A DNA stretch of 64,000 nt from a virus (taxonomy: Duplodnaviria; Caudoviricetes), in IMG/VR virus record IMGVR_UViG_3300036987_000420, positions 1-64,000 of that record; one strand, 5' to 3'. The notes under the pieces were generated by a model, which worked only from the letters and a program-made list of their open reading frames with translations, did not search any database and was not told the origin of the DNA. A program made the translations under genes and the position numbers. This document shows positions 9,163 through 19,275 of this stretch, in pieces (the first letter of the stretch is position 1; each line of letters starts with the position of its first letter).

Positions 9163-9923
9163 GCGTCCCCCTCGTCGTCGCCGTCGCCGCGGCTGAGCCC
9201 GTCTTCTCCGAAGGCGCCGGCCCCGTGACCGCTGTTCGCCAGCAGGTCGAACAGGGTCTCCTTGAAGCCGTTGGTCTCGACTCGCCGCAGGTCCACTTCG
9301 CCGGGGTACGTGAGCAGGAAGGTCCGCAGCGCGCGGTGCGTGATGCGGTACGGTGACCGGCTGCCGCAGTCGCTCACTCGCTTCGCCTGGAGCTTCCCCG
9401 CCTCGACCCAGCGGACCACCTTCTTCGGGTCGCAGCCCATGACCTGCGCCGCCGCCCAGGCCGTGTAGTACGTCCCGCGCCGGTACAGCCGCAGGCGCTT
9501 GGCCCGCACGCGGCAGGCCGTCTCGGGCCGCCCGAGCGCCTTCGCGATGGCCTTCCAGCTCGACCGAGACACGAGATTCGCGAGCCGCTCCTCTTCCTCG
9601 GGCGTCCAGGCGCGCGTCTCGCCGCGGGGCCGGCTCAGCCCGAGCAGGTGTGCCCGTCGGCGGATGTCCCAGCGCTCCCGGCCGAGGCGCCGGGCGAGCT
9701 TCGTGATGGTCTCCGGCCGGCTGTCGTAGACGCGGCGCAGCTCGGCGTCCTCGTCGGCCGTCCAGGGCGCCCGCTTCCGCCGGCGCCCGCCGCAGCCGCC
9801 CTTCTCGCCCAGCGCCTTCTGGGCGCAGGGGTTGCTGCAGTAGGTGCGCGGGTAGCCGGCCGAGTGCTCCGCCGGGATGGGCGCGCCGCAGAAGCCACAG
9901 GCGTTGTCGATGGCGGCGACCAC
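9159..9923 (-). CDS. DNA-binding protein: Zn finger + two Myb/SANT-like repeats + HTH_17-like domain
   Basis: CGFC..CSNPC; PWTADEDAEL and AWTPEEEERL...WKAIAKALGR; AAQVMGCDPKKVVRWVEAGKL. Confidence 0.75.
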   Translation of the reverse strand: MVAAIDNACGFCGAPIPAEHSAGYPRTYCSNPCAQKALGEKGGCGGRRRKRAPWTADEDAELRRVYDSRPETITKLARRLGRERWDIRRRAHLLGLSRPRGETRAWTPEEEERLANLVSRSSWKAIAKALGRPETACRVRAKRLRLYRRGTYYTAWAAAQVMGCDPKKVVRWVEAGKLQAKRVSDCGSRSPYRITHRALRTFLLTYPGEVDLRRVETNGFKETLFDLLANSGHGAGAFGEDGLSRGDGDDEGDA

Positions 9924-9926
9924 GGC

Positions 9927-10757
9927 TCAGGCCTCCCCCTTCACGAGGCAGCGCACGCCGGCGCGGCGGCACTGCTCGACGATGCTGGCGATCCAGCGCC
10001 GGTCGCAGGGGCGCCGGCGCGGCCCCGTCTCCGGACCGACGATGACGAGGTCGACAGCCGCCAGCAGATCCGGGATGAAGATCACCTGCTCGAGCAGCGG
10101 CTCCACGCTCAGCCAGCGATGCGACGCCGGGGTGTCCAGCAGGATCGACAGACGCCGGACGGCGTCGGCCTGCGTGCAGATGCTGGCGCCCTCCCAGACG
10201 TTGGTCAGGGGCCAGCTCGCCGCATAGTACCCGCGCAGCACGATGCGGTGCGCATCGTGTCGTCGAGCCATCTGAACGCAGTGGTCGAGCGGGGTGAGCT
10301 TCAGATCGGTGCGCGGGCCTGTGTACTTGGCGAGACGCCGGGCACACTCGGCCGGCAGCCAGGCGTGAAACGCGTGGCGCCTGACGACGTCCTTCGTGAG
10401 CGTCAGGAACGACACGTAGGGCTGTGCCGCCATCACCCCGTACACGGCAGCCCGCTGCTCGTCGGTGATGCCCGGGTCGAACAGGTCGCCCTGGTAGGCG
10501 ACAGCGACCACAGGCAGCCCCTCCAGGCGCAGCGGGACGTCCTTCCAGCGCTCGGGCCGCCAGTGCAGCGGATCCGCCAGGCGGTCGACGTGGAACGTCG
10601 GCGTGAACCCGTGGCCGGCGGTCACCTGCGGGAACCGTTCGGCGTTCGCGCGGGCCCAGCAGTTCGGACGGCACAGCTCGGTGGTGCACGTCCGCGGCGA
10701 ACAGCCGGTGACCGGGTTCCAGGGCCGCCAGTAGATGCTCGTGCGCTCGGCTTCCAC
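9927..10757 (-). CDS. DUF5131 / phage Gp37-Gp68 family protein
   Basis: WNPVTGC...C..NCWA, GDLF, WLSVEPLL, VIVGPETG...W...IVEQC. Confidence 0.85.
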   Translation of the reverse strand: MEAERTSIYWRPWNPVTGCSPRTCTTELCRPNCWARANAERFPQVTAGHGFTPTFHVDRLADPLHWRPERWKDVPLRLEGLPVVAVAYQGDLFDPGITDEQRAAVYGVMAAQPYVSFLTLTKDVVRRHAFHAWLPAECARRLAKYTGPRTDLKLTPLDHCVQMARRHDAHRIVLRGYYAASWPLTNVWEGASICTQADAVRRLSILLDTPASHRWLSVEPLLEQVIFIPDLLAAVDLVIVGPETGPRRRPCDRRWIASIVEQCRRAGVRCLVKGEA

Positions 10758-10758
10758 G

Positions 10759-11223
10759 TCAGTCCTCCATCCGCGCCAGCACGTCGGCCGGCACGTCCCA
10801 GAAGCCGAGCCGACCCGCGCACGGGAAGGGCTCGGAGAACCGCACTGCATCGGTGACGAGCAGCGCCGTCAGGCCGCTCACGTCGTAGAGGTGGCGCAGC
10901 CGGTCGCGACCGGACTCCGGCATCCGCAGGTCGACGGCCGCGACCACGTCGCCGGCTCGCATGGGGCGCACGCCCACGAGACGGACCAGGCCGACGATGC
11001 CCGGCCGGTACTCGGCGCGGCCGAGGTCGACGCCGTACTCCGCGAGGGCGCGGATGGCGCTGCGGTCGACGGCCTGGCTCGCGTGCACCGCGATCCGCTG
11101 CCCGACGAGGTGCCGCGCCTCGCGCTGGCCCGGGTAGCCGGGCGACCACTCGCGGGTCTCCACCGTCTTCCGGCCCGCGACGATCAACCACGCCCAGGGG
11201 TGCTTGATGCTCAGCGCCTTCAC
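10759..11223 (-). CDS. ASCH domain protein
   Basis: KALSIKHPWAWLIVAGRKTVETREW...IAVHAS...G.LGFWDV. Confidence 0.9.
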   Translation of the reverse strand: MKALSIKHPWAWLIVAGRKTVETREWSPGYPGQREARHLVGQRIAVHASQAVDRSAIRALAEYGVDLGRAEYRPGIVGLVRLVGVRPMRAGDVVAAVDLRMPESGRDRLRHLYDVSGLTALLVTDAVRFSEPFPCAGRLGFWDVPADVLARMED

Positions 11224-11224
11224 G

Positions 11225-12994
11225 TCACGCCCCCATCTCCCGCACGAATCGACTGGGCTCGCACGGCTCCTCGGCGGCGCCGGGGTACGGCACGCGAATC
11301 GCGGGACTCGTGACGACGAGGTGGTCGCGCGCTCGGGTGCACGCGACGTAGAAGAGGCGCCGCTCCTCGGCCAGGTCGTCCGGGTTGCGGGCGGCGCTCG
11401 CCGTCGGCCAGGCGCTCTCGGCCGCGCCGACGACGTAGACCACCGGCCACTCCAGGCCCTTCGCACCGTGCACCGTCGAGAGGGTGACGGCGTCCTCCTC
11501 GCCGGCGCCGGCCGGCTCGACGTCGGAGAGCGCGGCGCGGTGCGCGAGGAACGCCGCCGGGTCCACGTCGACCGTGTCGTCGTCGAAGCGCTCGTCCGTC
11601 CACTCCTCAACGAGCGCGACTGCATCGGGCTCCTGGGCGCCCTGTCGCGCCGTCCACTTCCACGCCCAGCGTGCGATCGTTCCGGCGGACACCGGACCGT
11701 TGGCGGCCGACTCCGCGGAGATGCCGGTGGTGAAGTCGCGCACCATCGGCAGGCACTCCAGCAACGGCCGGCGCTCCGTCGCGGCGCGCAGGCGGGCGGC
11801 GGCGACGTCCTCTCCGAGGGCGGCGCCGAGCGTCTCGGCGGCGAGGTCGTCGTGCGGGTCGACGCACAGGCGCAGTGCGGCGAGCACGACGCGGCCCTCC
11901 GGCGTCGCGAACGGGTCGGCCGGCCGGCGCAGGCGGCGCGTCGGGATGCCGCGGTCGGCCAGCGCCTGCTCGACGGCGTCGAGGTCGCGCCAGCGGCGGG
12001 CGAGGATGGCAACGTCGCGGGGCCGCGACAGCGCGAGCGACACATAAACCCACGCCGAGACGAGCGCGGGCTCGGCGCAGGACACGCCGGGCACGTCGAC
12101 CCCGGCGCGCAGCGTGGCGACGCTCGGGTCGGTCGTCTCCTCCCGCGCCGCCTCGCAGTCCGGCAGCCCGAGCCCCATCGCCCGCGCGATGCGGTTGGCC
12201 GCCTCGACGATGCCGGGGCGGCTGCGGTAGTTCGTGGCGAGGTGGTAGGTGTGCCAGTCGTCGCGGCCGAGCAGGCGCACGAAGGCAGCTGGCTCTGCCC
12301 CGCGGAAGCGGTAGATGCTCTGCCGCGGGTCGCCGACGCAGTAGAGGTGCCCGCGCTCGCAGGTGACCGCGACCACGAACTGCCACTGGGCGACGGAGCA
12401 GTCCTGCGACTCGTCGACGAGCACGTGATCCCACAGCCCGTCGAGGTGGCCCTCCATCGCGGCGTGGACGACGGCTCGCTCCAGCTCGTCGTAGTCTACG
12501 GCGTTGGCGCGCTTCAGGATGTCGGCGTAGCAGCGTGCCGCCCGCTCGCTGCCGAGCGTCTTCGCGACGTCGACCCGCCGCGGGTCGCTGCCGCGCACGT
12601 AGGAGACCTTCGCGCCGGCGTCCCGGGCCGCCCGCTCGACGGCCGCCTCGACGTCCGACGTCTCGTAGAGCACCCAGCCCGGCCGGCGGCAGGCCCACTG
12701 CGGGTGGCGCTGCAGGAGCTGGTAGGCGAGCCCGTGGAAGGTGCCGATGTACATCGCCTCCGCGGCCTCGCCGCTGACGAGCTCGCCGACGCGGCTGCGC
12801 AGCTCGGCGGCCGCGGCGCGGGTGAACGTCAACGCGACGATGCGCTCCGGCAGAACGGCGCGCTCGACGAGCAGGTGGCCGACGCGCTCGGTGAGCACGC
12901 GCGTCTTGCCGCTGCCGGCGCCGGCGATGACGACGACGCGGGCCTCCGCGGCCTCGACGGCGGCGAGCTGGGTGGGGCTGAGCTGCATCACCAT
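11225..12994 (-). CDS. UvrD/Rep/PcrA-family SF1 helicase
   Basis: [63 protein letters not shown]. Confidence 0.95.
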   Translation of the reverse strand: MVMQLSPTQLAAVEAAEARVVVIAGAGSGKTRVLTERVGHLLVERAVLPERIVALTFTRAAAAELRSRVGELVSGEAAEAMYIGTFHGLAYQLLQRHPQWACRRPGWVLYETSDVEAAVERAARDAGAKVSYVRGSDPRRVDVAKTLGSERAARCYADILKRANAVDYDELERAVVHAAMEGHLDGLWDHVLVDESQDCSVAQWQFVVAVTCERGHLYCVGDPRQSIYRFRGAEPAAFVRLLGRDDWHTYHLATNYRSRPGIVEAANRIARAMGLGLPDCEAAREETTDPSVATLRAGVDVPGVSCAEPALVSAWVYVSLALSRPRDVAILARRWRDLDAVEQALADRGIPTRRLRRPADPFATPEGRVVLAALRLCVDPHDDLAAETLGAALGEDVAAARLRAATERRPLLECLPMVRDFTTGISAESAANGPVSAGTIARWAWKWTARQGAQEPDAVALVEEWTDERFDDDTVDVDPAAFLAHRAALSDVEPAGAGEEDAVTLSTVHGAKGLEWPVVYVVGAAESAWPTASAARNPDDLAEERRLFYVACTRARDHLVVTSPAIRVPYPGAAEEPCEPSRFVREMGA

Positions 12995-13479
12995 CCTCCG
13001 TCATCCTCGGCAGCCGGCGCGCCGGTCGCGTTCGTGCGGGGCGCCGCGGGGGCCGAGGCCGGCCGACTCGGCGGCGGTCCGTATCCGCCACCGTAGCCGC
13101 CGCGGTCGTCGTCCTGCGGCGGCGGCGGGTCGTCCCGGCGCCGGCCGGCGCCCGGCGTGCCGCCCAGGAACTCGACGTGCGACGCGACGACCTCGGTGGT
13201 CTGGTGTCGCTGGCCGTCCTTCTCCCACTCGCGCGTCTGCAGCTTGCCCTCGACGTAGACCTGCCGGCCCTTCGCGAGGTGCTCCTTACAGACCTCGGCG
13301 AGCCGCCCCCAGGCGATGACGCGGTGCCACTCGGTGCGCTCCTGGCGCTTGCCGTCGCGGTCCGTCCACACCTCGTTGGTGGCGACGCGGAGGTTCGCCA
13401 CGGGCTGGTTGCTGGCGGTGTACCGGATCTCCGGGTCCGCGCCGAGATTGCCGATGAGGATGACCTTGTTGATGCCCAT
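12988..13479 (-). CDS. ssb: Single-stranded DNA-binding protein
   Basis: [15 protein letters not shown]...TEWHRVI.WG...[14 protein letters not shown]; acidic/aromatic C-terminal tip. Confidence 0.97.
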   Translation of the reverse strand: MGINKVILIGNLGADPEIRYTASNQPVANLRVATNEVWTDRDGKRQERTEWHRVIAWGRLAEVCKEHLAKGRQVYVEGKLQTREWEKDGQRHQTTEVVASHVEFLGGTPGAGRRRDDPPPPQDDDRGGYGGGYGPPPSRPASAPAAPRTNATGAPAAEDDGGW

Positions 13480-15944
13480 CAGGCCGCCTCGCCTTCCCCG
13501 GCCGCAGCCGCCGTCTCGGCCTGCGCCGCGAGCGCCGCGCGGACGCGCTTCTTCTTCGCGGTGTCGGCGGCGACCATCGCCGTCGACTCGCGCTTCGCGG
13601 CCTCGCGGACCTCGGCGCCGCACTGGCAGCCGCGCGCCCGGTGGGCGTCGACGCGGATGCGCTGCCCGTCGCAGAAGACGTAGTCGGTGGGCTCCAGGCC
13701 GCCGGCCTCCGGCGGGTCCGGCACGACGGCGCCGGCCTCGTCGACCACGGCGGCCGGCGAATGCTGGTGCGCGTCGCAGACGAACACGGCAGGCGTCCGC
13801 GGGCTGTCGCGGTGCGCCTGGACGATGGCGACGCCGCTGCCGGCGAGCTTGTGCGCCAGGTCCGGCACGACGACGCCGGCGATGCCCTCGGCGACGTCGA
13901 CCCGCATCGCGCAGAGCACGGCGGACAGTCGGCCGGCGCGCTGCTCCTCGGCGAGCACGCGCACCAGGCGGATGGCGCGGTCGGTCTCGAGCGCCTCGAG
14001 CCGGTCGATGACGACGGCGCGGAAGGGTGCTACGCTCGGATCTCCCTGCGACTGAAGGGATTGAGACGCGTACATCAGCGCGACGCCGCAGACGATCTGC
14101 TCGCTGTCGCTGAGCGCGGAGTAGGGGCGCCAGGCGTCCGACCCCTCCGGCCCGCCGGCGTCGAAGGTGACGAGACCGAAGCCCCAGGCAGCGGGCTCGT
14201 CGCCGTTCGCGGGCAGCGGCCGGAACGCGAAGCCGCGCGCCAGCGGGTCGCCGCCGTACACCGGCCGGACGATCCGGTCGGCGTGCGCGGTCACGGCGGC
14301 CGCCGATCGCCGCGCCAGCTCGACGCCGAACGCGCCGAGCGCGCGCTCCAGGGCCCCCCAGGTCGCCCGCGCCAGGATGGCCGCGTCGAGGTCGGCCTCG
14401 TTCGCGGCCCGCAGGCGCTCGGCCTCCTCGAAACCGGCGAGCCGGGCGACCTGGTCGGACACGGCGGTCAGATCCGCCTCGCGCTTGTCGCGCGCCCCCT
14501 CCAGGTCGCCGACACCCTCGAGCGGCGGCAGGGCGGCGAGCGCCTGCTCCGCGGCGACGAGCTCCGAGCGGGCGGACGCGACGACCGCGGCGGCCTCGGA
14601 CCGGGCGCGCTCCCCGGACGCGGCGCGCTGGGCGGCGGCGTGCGCGGCGCGCAGCGCGTCGGTGGCGCTGCGCTCGGCGTTCTCGGCCTCGCTGGCGGCG
14701 GCGTAGGCGTCGTCGGCCGCCCGCCGCGCGGCGTCGCCCCGCACCCCGAGCACCGCCTCCCGGCGCGCCAGTCCGGTGCGCTTCTCCTGGATGGCGGAGC
14801 GCGCGGCGTCGAGCGCGCCGCCGGTCGTGCCGCAGGTCGGACAGTGCCCGTCGGCGAGCGCGACGAGCGTCTGGTCGATGCGCGACAGGTCGCCACGCAC
14901 GTCCCGCAGCTTCGCCTCGACCTCGGCCGCGGCGTTGTGCGCGGCGACCGCCGCCGCGCCGAGCTCCTTGCGGCGCGCGGTGGCGGCGTCGGCCGTCGCC
15001 TGGGCCTGCGCGACGGCGCCGGGGGCCGCCTCGGCTGGCGCCTGGGCGGCCGCGCCGGGCCGCTGCTCCGCCGCGGTGACCCGCTGCCGCGCCGTCTCGA
15101 CGCGCGCCGCGGCCCGCTGGCGCTCGGCCTGCGCCTGGGCACGGGCGGCGAGCTTCTCGCGGACGGCGGTCAGCTCCTCGCGGACGCGGCGCTCCCGCGC
15201 CTGGGCGTCGGCCAGCGTCCCGGGCGGCAGGTCGTCGCGGCGCAGGTCGACCAGCCGGCCGCGGGCCTTCTCGGCCTCGGCCTTGCGCCTCTGCCACTCG
15301 TTCTTCTGGACGCGCGCGTGCTCCTTCGCGCCCTCCAGTCCGTCGGCGGCGAGCGCCTCGGCCACGGCGGCGAGCTGCGCCGCGTCCGGGCGGCCCTGGC
15401 GCGGCTGCCCGCGGGCGTCGTCGTACTCCACCTCGGTCCGGCGCAGGCGGTCGTCGAGGTCGGCGCGGATGGCCGGGTCGGCGAGCGTCACGCCGGCGAC
15501 CTTCGCTACCAGCGCGGCCTGCTTCTCGGTCGTGAGGCTGATGAAGTCGGCGAGGTCGGTCGGCTGCATCCGCTGCGCGCCGAGGTGCGCGGCGAGACCC
15601 GCCTCGACCCCCTTCGCGTCCTTCACGAGCGGCTCGTCGCCGATGCTGAGGCGCGCCTCGTGCTTGGCGCCCAGGATGCGGGTGAGGCGCAGCGGCCGGC
15701 CGTCGCTGGTCTCGCCCTCGACGCCGAGCTCGACGCGGCCGCAGTCCGCCGCGATGTCGCCGAGCTGCGCCGGGGTGGCGCTGCCACCGATGCGGGTGCC
15801 GAGGGCGAGATGGCAGGCGAGCAGGCGGGCCGACTTGCCGCTGCCGTTCGGGCCGACGACCAGCGTCGGGCGGGTGAGGTCGAGCACGAAGCGGCGGCCC
15901 TTGACGCCGTCGCCGTCGGCGATGATGGTGCGGATGGTGGTCAT
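13479..15944 (-). CDS. Rad50/SbcC/SMC-like ATPase with coiled coil and zinc hook
   Basis: Walker A GPNGSGKS, long coiled coil with central CPTC hook, signature LSDSE, Walker-B-like VVIDRLE. Confidence 0.85.
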   Translation of the reverse strand: MTTIRTIIADGDGVKGRRFVLDLTRPTLVVGPNGSGKSARLLACHLALGTRIGGSATPAQLGDIAADCGRVELGVEGETSDGRPLRLTRILGAKHEARLSIGDEPLVKDAKGVEAGLAAHLGAQRMQPTDLADFISLTTEKQAALVAKVAGVTLADPAIRADLDDRLRRTEVEYDDARGQPRQGRPDAAQLAAVAEALAADGLEGAKEHARVQKNEWQRRKAEAEKARGRLVDLRRDDLPPGTLADAQARERRVREELTAVREKLAARAQAQAERQRAAARVETARQRVTAAEQRPGAAAQAPAEAAPGAVAQAQATADAATARRKELGAAAVAAHNAAAEVEAKLRDVRGDLSRIDQTLVALADGHCPTCGTTGGALDAARSAIQEKRTGLARREAVLGVRGDAARRAADDAYAAASEAENAERSATDALRAAHAAAQRAASGERARSEAAAVVASARSELVAAEQALAALPPLEGVGDLEGARDKREADLTAVSDQVARLAGFEEAERLRAANEADLDAAILARATWGALERALGAFGVELARRSAAAVTAHADRIVRPVYGGDPLARGFAFRPLPANGDEPAAWGFGLVTFDAGGPEGSDAWRPYSALSDSEQIVCGVALMYASQSLQSQGDPSVAPFRAVVIDRLEALETDRAIRLVRVLAEEQRAGRLSAVLCAMRVDVAEGIAGVVVPDLAHKLAGSGVAIVQAHRDSPRTPAVFVCDAHQHSPAAVVDEAGAVVPDPPEAGGLEPTDYVFCDGQRIRVDAHRARGCQCGAEVREAAKRESTAMVAADTAKKKRVRAALAAQAETAAAAGEGEAA
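14030..14067 (+). CRISPR. Solitary CRISPR-repeat-like unit C, inside the SMC-like gene (antisense)
   Basis: CTACGCTCGGATCT-CCCT-GCGACTGA-AGGG-ATTGAGAC; 4-bp stem, 8-nt loop, 8-nt handle-like 3' end; not part of an array. Confidence 0.65.
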
Positions 15945-16255
15945 CGAGTCCCCCCTCGGTGCCGCAGTGCGGCGATGATGGTCCGGGCGTCGGCGGCGCC
16001 GATCCTCGCGCCCTTCTCCCCTGCCTCGACGGCGCGCAGGCGGTCGATGGCCAGCGCCAGGTCGCTGTCGTCTCGCTGCTCGGCCGCGCGCACCACGGCC
16101 GACACCCGCTCCACGTCGCGCAGCGTCGCCGACACCGCGGTCATGTAGAGCGCGCGCGGCGTCGCCCGGGTCAGGTCGATCGCCCTGCGATGGTCGGCGT
16201 CCTCGGCGTCGGAAAGACGCAGGCGCACGCAGTGCGGACGAGGCGCTCTGTTCAT
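15941..16255 (-). CDS. Hypothetical protein, possible RHH-like N-terminus
   Basis: GGAGAGGA RBS; VRLRLSDAE pattern; coupled to the SMC-like gene. Confidence 0.5.
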   Translation of the reverse strand: MNRAPRPHCVRLRLSDAEDADHRRAIDLTRATPRALYMTAVSATLRDVERVSAVVRAAEQRDDSDLALAIDRLRAVEAGEKGARIGAADARTIIAALRHRGGTR

Positions 16256-16499
16256 CTGCAGAAGTCCTCTCCAGAAAAGGAGCGTCGTGCCTCGCCGGTC
16301 GGACGCGTCCAGTCGCGCTCTCGGGGCAGTCGGTGCGGTCCGTCGTTCGTACACCGCACAGGCACGTCGTTTTTCAGCGCCCCTCGCTCCTTGCGCCCCC
16401 GGGTGGAGTCGGACCACCCTGGCGAACCCGCTCCTGGACGCGCGGGCTGCCTCCCCGGTAGGGGCACGCCGGGCCACAACACGGGCCCGGCCGGCGCTG

Positions 16500-17822
16500 C
16501 TACGCCGCCCGCGTCGCCAGCGTCGCCAGGGCGCGCAGCGTCTCCTCGAGGATGGCGGCCTGGGCCTCGTCGGCCGCCCAGCTCCCGTCCTTCGCCGGCC
16601 GCGGGAACTCCGGGTCGTCGGCCCGGATCTCGTCGAGGGCCTCACGCAGACGCGCCTTCGCGGCGTCCATGTCGCCGCCCTCGAGCTCGAGCGCGACGCC
16701 GCGGACGTGCTGCCACAGCGGGGACGGCCCGGACCCGTTGCTCGGCGTCCGCGACTCGGCGGCCGGCTGCGGCGCCGGCGTCTCCGCCGGGAGCTGGTCC
16801 GCCGGCTCCTGGTCGGGCGCCTCGACCGCGTCGTCGACCTCCTCCACGTCCTCGACGTCTTCGATGTCCTCCTCGGGCTCCGACGGCAGGTCGGCGGCCG
16901 GGGTCGCGCGGACGAGTGGCTCCTCGACGTGGGCGGCGAGCTGCGCCAGGGGGCGGGCGCCGGCGCCCAGCACGCGGCCCGACTCGTAGGCGGACTGCGC
17001 CGCCTCGATCATCGCGAGGGCCGGGCCGGCGAAGCCGAGGTACACCGTCCAGACCCCGGCGGCGCCGTGGGCGGTGCGGCTGCGCTTCATGCGGAGCAGC
17101 AGCGGGACGGCGGAGAGCGTCGGGACCTTCTCCTCGTCGACCAGCCGCTGCAGCTCGTCGATGACGCCCTGCGTCTCGTCGAGGCCGATGATCGACTTGC
17201 TGCGGTAGCGGACGACGCCGAACGTCGACTCCAGCGCGGCGAGCTGCAGGCGCAGCTCCCACTCCGCGGCGCAGCGCGGGAACACCGGCTGCTTCCCGGT
17301 CGCGTCCATGCGGGCGTACCACGGGCACTCCGTGCCGTTGCAGACGACGGTCGTCGCGGCGCCGAGGTCGTTCTCCGCGCCGACGGGCTTGAAGCCCTGC
17401 GGCAGCGGCGCCACGACGCCGTCGTCGGACACGCGGTGCCGGTGGCACGCCGTCTGGCCGTCGCCCTGGCAGACGACCGTGTCGCCGTCCTTCGTGCGGG
17501 CCCGGAACTGGCTGCCGAAGATGCCGTCCAGGTCGCGCGCCGGCGCGAGGTAGACGCGGATGGCGCGCAGCTTGGCCGTGGGCTCCTCGGGCGCCAGCCG
17601 CGCCTGCTCCTCGAGCAGCCGCGCCATGAGGGCGTCGTCGACCTGCCGGTTGCCGGCGGCGTCGTCGGGGTCGACGCCGGGCAGACAGACCTCCATGTAG
17701 TCGAGCCGCTCCGGGTAGGTCGGACGGCCGTCCTTCAGGCGCCGGCGGCCGATGCGGATGTGCCGCTCGGTCGGCAGCGTGCCCACGGCGCGGCCGGGGC
17801 GCAGGTTCACGATGCGGGGCAT
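16500..17822 (-). CDS. Gp3-like (recombination directionality factor-like) family protein
   Basis: IRIG.R...G.PTYPERLDY, VCQGDGQTA, C.G..CPWY...C...L.LQL...G..RY.SKS; acidic linker tail; GAGGA RBS. Confidence 0.65.
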   Translation of the reverse strand: MPRIVNLRPGRAVGTLPTERHIRIGRRRLKDGRPTYPERLDYMEVCLPGVDPDDAAGNRQVDDALMARLLEEQARLAPEEPTAKLRAIRVYLAPARDLDGIFGSQFRARTKDGDTVVCQGDGQTACHRHRVSDDGVVAPLPQGFKPVGAENDLGAATTVVCNGTECPWYARMDATGKQPVFPRCAAEWELRLQLAALESTFGVVRYRSKSIIGLDETQGVIDELQRLVDEEKVPTLSAVPLLLRMKRSRTAHGAAGVWTVYLGFAGPALAMIEAAQSAYESGRVLGAGARPLAQLAAHVEEPLVRATPAADLPSEPEEDIEDVEDVEEVDDAVEAPDQEPADQLPAETPAPQPAAESRTPSNGSGPSPLWQHVRGVALELEGGDMDAAKARLREALDEIRADDPEFPRPAKDGSWAADEAQAAILEETLRALATLATRAA

Positions 17823-17857
17823 GGTGTCCTCCTCTCGCGGCCGCTGGGCGGCCGGTG

Positions 17858-18043
17858 TCAGTCGTGGTCGCGCTCCCAGGCCGCGTCCGTGGCACGGTCC
17901 TCGGCGAGCGACTCGAGGTGCGCGATGCGGCGCTCCCGCGCCTCGTCGCCGGTGTCCTGGCACTCGTCGTCGCTGCGGTGGATCCCACCGCATCGATTGC
18001 ACACGTCGGGCAGATCGCACCACTCGACGGCCATGCTCGTCAT
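17858..18043 (-). CDS. Small hypothetical protein with CxxC..H
   Basis: CNRCGGIH...C; coupled start. Confidence 0.55.
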   Translation of the reverse strand: MTSMAVEWCDLPDVCNRCGGIHRSDDECQDTGDEARERRIAHLESLAEDRATDAAWERDHD

Positions 18044-18324
18044 CCTCGCAGCTCGCACTCGTAGAGGTCGCGCAGCGTGCACACGCCGGCCGGACACTGC
18101 CCGGGGCTCGGGCACTCCACGAACGGCACGGCGCAGTCCGCCAGCGCCCCCGGGAAGGTGCGCACGGGCCGGCCGGCCACGCGGCCGCAGACGGCCACCC
18201 GGATGCGGCCCAGGCCGACGCCCGGGACGGCGTCGTCGAGCGGCGCGCAGGCGCCGGTCAGGGCCCACGGCGCGACCACGTCGGGGTGCGGGTTCGTCTG
18301 GTAGTCGTTGGCCCGGTTGCGCAT
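18040..18324 (-). CDS. Small Cys-rich hypothetical protein
   Basis: GAGGAGGAGG RBS. Confidence 0.55.
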   Translation of the reverse strand: MRNRANDYQTNPHPDVVAPWALTGACAPLDDAVPGVGLGRIRVAVCGRVAGRPVRTFPGALADCAVPFVECPSPGQCPAGVCTLRDLYECELRG

Positions 18325-18616
18325 CGCTTCCTCCTCCTCGAGCGAGAGGGGTGCCCCGGGCCGGCGGCAGAGTCGGCAGGCCGCCGGCCCGGGGCTGGAG
18401 GAGGACACGGGCGCCGCATCCTGCTGGCGTCCCGGCAGGTCGCCGCGCCCGGCGTGACGAGAACGGCTCCGCTCGGCTCGCCGGTCCGGCGAGTCTTTGG
18501 GCCGTGCTCGCCACGCCGCGCGTGGCGACGGGCTCTGTCCTCCCCCCGTGCCCGGCAGGGTGGTCACGAGGCGCTCTCTGGCAGCCAGGTACGGAAGGAG
18601 AGGCGTACAAAGGCGG

Positions 18617-18691
18617 CCTCCCGGTCGGTGGTACTCTCGTCGTGCCACCGACGTCCCCGACGTGCGGGGATGAGACACACCGACAGGGAGG
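18617..18691 (+). promoter_or_regulatory. Inverted-repeat cassette with extended -10 promoter and degenerate CRISPR-repeat-like leader (unit D)
   Basis: IR arms CCTCCCGGTCGGTG (18617-30) / CACCGACAGGGAGG (18678-91); TG-G-TACTCT; GTGCCACCGACGT-CCCC-GACGTGC-GGGG-ATGAGAC (18642-76). Confidence 0.5.
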
Positions 18692-18696
18692 CCAGG

Positions 18697-18993
18697 ATGG
18701 ACGAACTACGGATCCCATTCGTCGTCGCGTGCGACTGCGGCGCGAGTTTCTGGGTCGACGCCCAGCAGCTTGCGACCCCGGGCCTGGTGTTCCAGTGCCC
18801 ATCGTGCCTGACGTACCACCGGAATGTGCTGAGCCCGGCGCCAGAACTGGTACGGTCGTTCGCGGCCCGTCACGCCGCGCTCCGAGACGTCGTCAAGCGT
18901 GGAGGCCGCGTAACACAGGCCATCGAGAGCGACCTTCCGTTCGTGCGCGGCGAGCGGGAGTCGCTCGACGATCCGGGCTGCAAGCCGCAGTAG
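18697..18993 (+). CDS. Zinc-ribbon protein, counter-oriented to the left operon
   Basis: CDCG...CPSC; GGGAGG RBS; own promoter. Confidence 0.65.
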   Translation: MDELRIPFVVACDCGASFWVDAQQLATPGLVFQCPSCLTYHRNVLSPAPELVRSFAARHAALRDVVKRGGRVTQAIESDLPFVRGERESLDDPGCKPQ

Positions 18994-19065
18994 CCAGACC
19001 ACGAACAGCACCCGCCGCAGCCGAACCACCCGCCCGGTCGCCCGGCCCGCGTAGCGCAGAGACAT
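18706..19065 (-). CDS. Hypothetical first gene of the PL operon (overlaps the zinc-ribbon ORF antisense)
   Basis: Strong GGAGGAGGGGAGG RBS just downstream of PL; could be a shadow ORF. Confidence 0.4.
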   Translation of the reverse strand: MSLRYAGRATGRVVRLRRVLFVVWLLRLAARIVERLPLAAHERKVALDGLCYAASTLDDVSERGVTGRERPYQFWRRAQHIPVVRQARWALEHQARGRKLLGVDPETRAAVARDDEWDP

Positions 19066-19275
19066 GGCCCTCCCCTCCTCCGTCCTGGTTGCCACAGAGC
19101 GACCCGTGCCCGCCCTCTCCGCTCCCCCGCACCGTCGGTCGCGCGCTGGGTCATGGCCCGGCCGGCGGGGTCGGGCTCACGCGCCGGAACGCGCTCACCC
19201 GGTGGTCCGCGGCCGACGACGGCTGCGGTCGCCAGCGCGCTGCGGGGCTGTCAGAGATCGCCGAGCACGAGGGGG

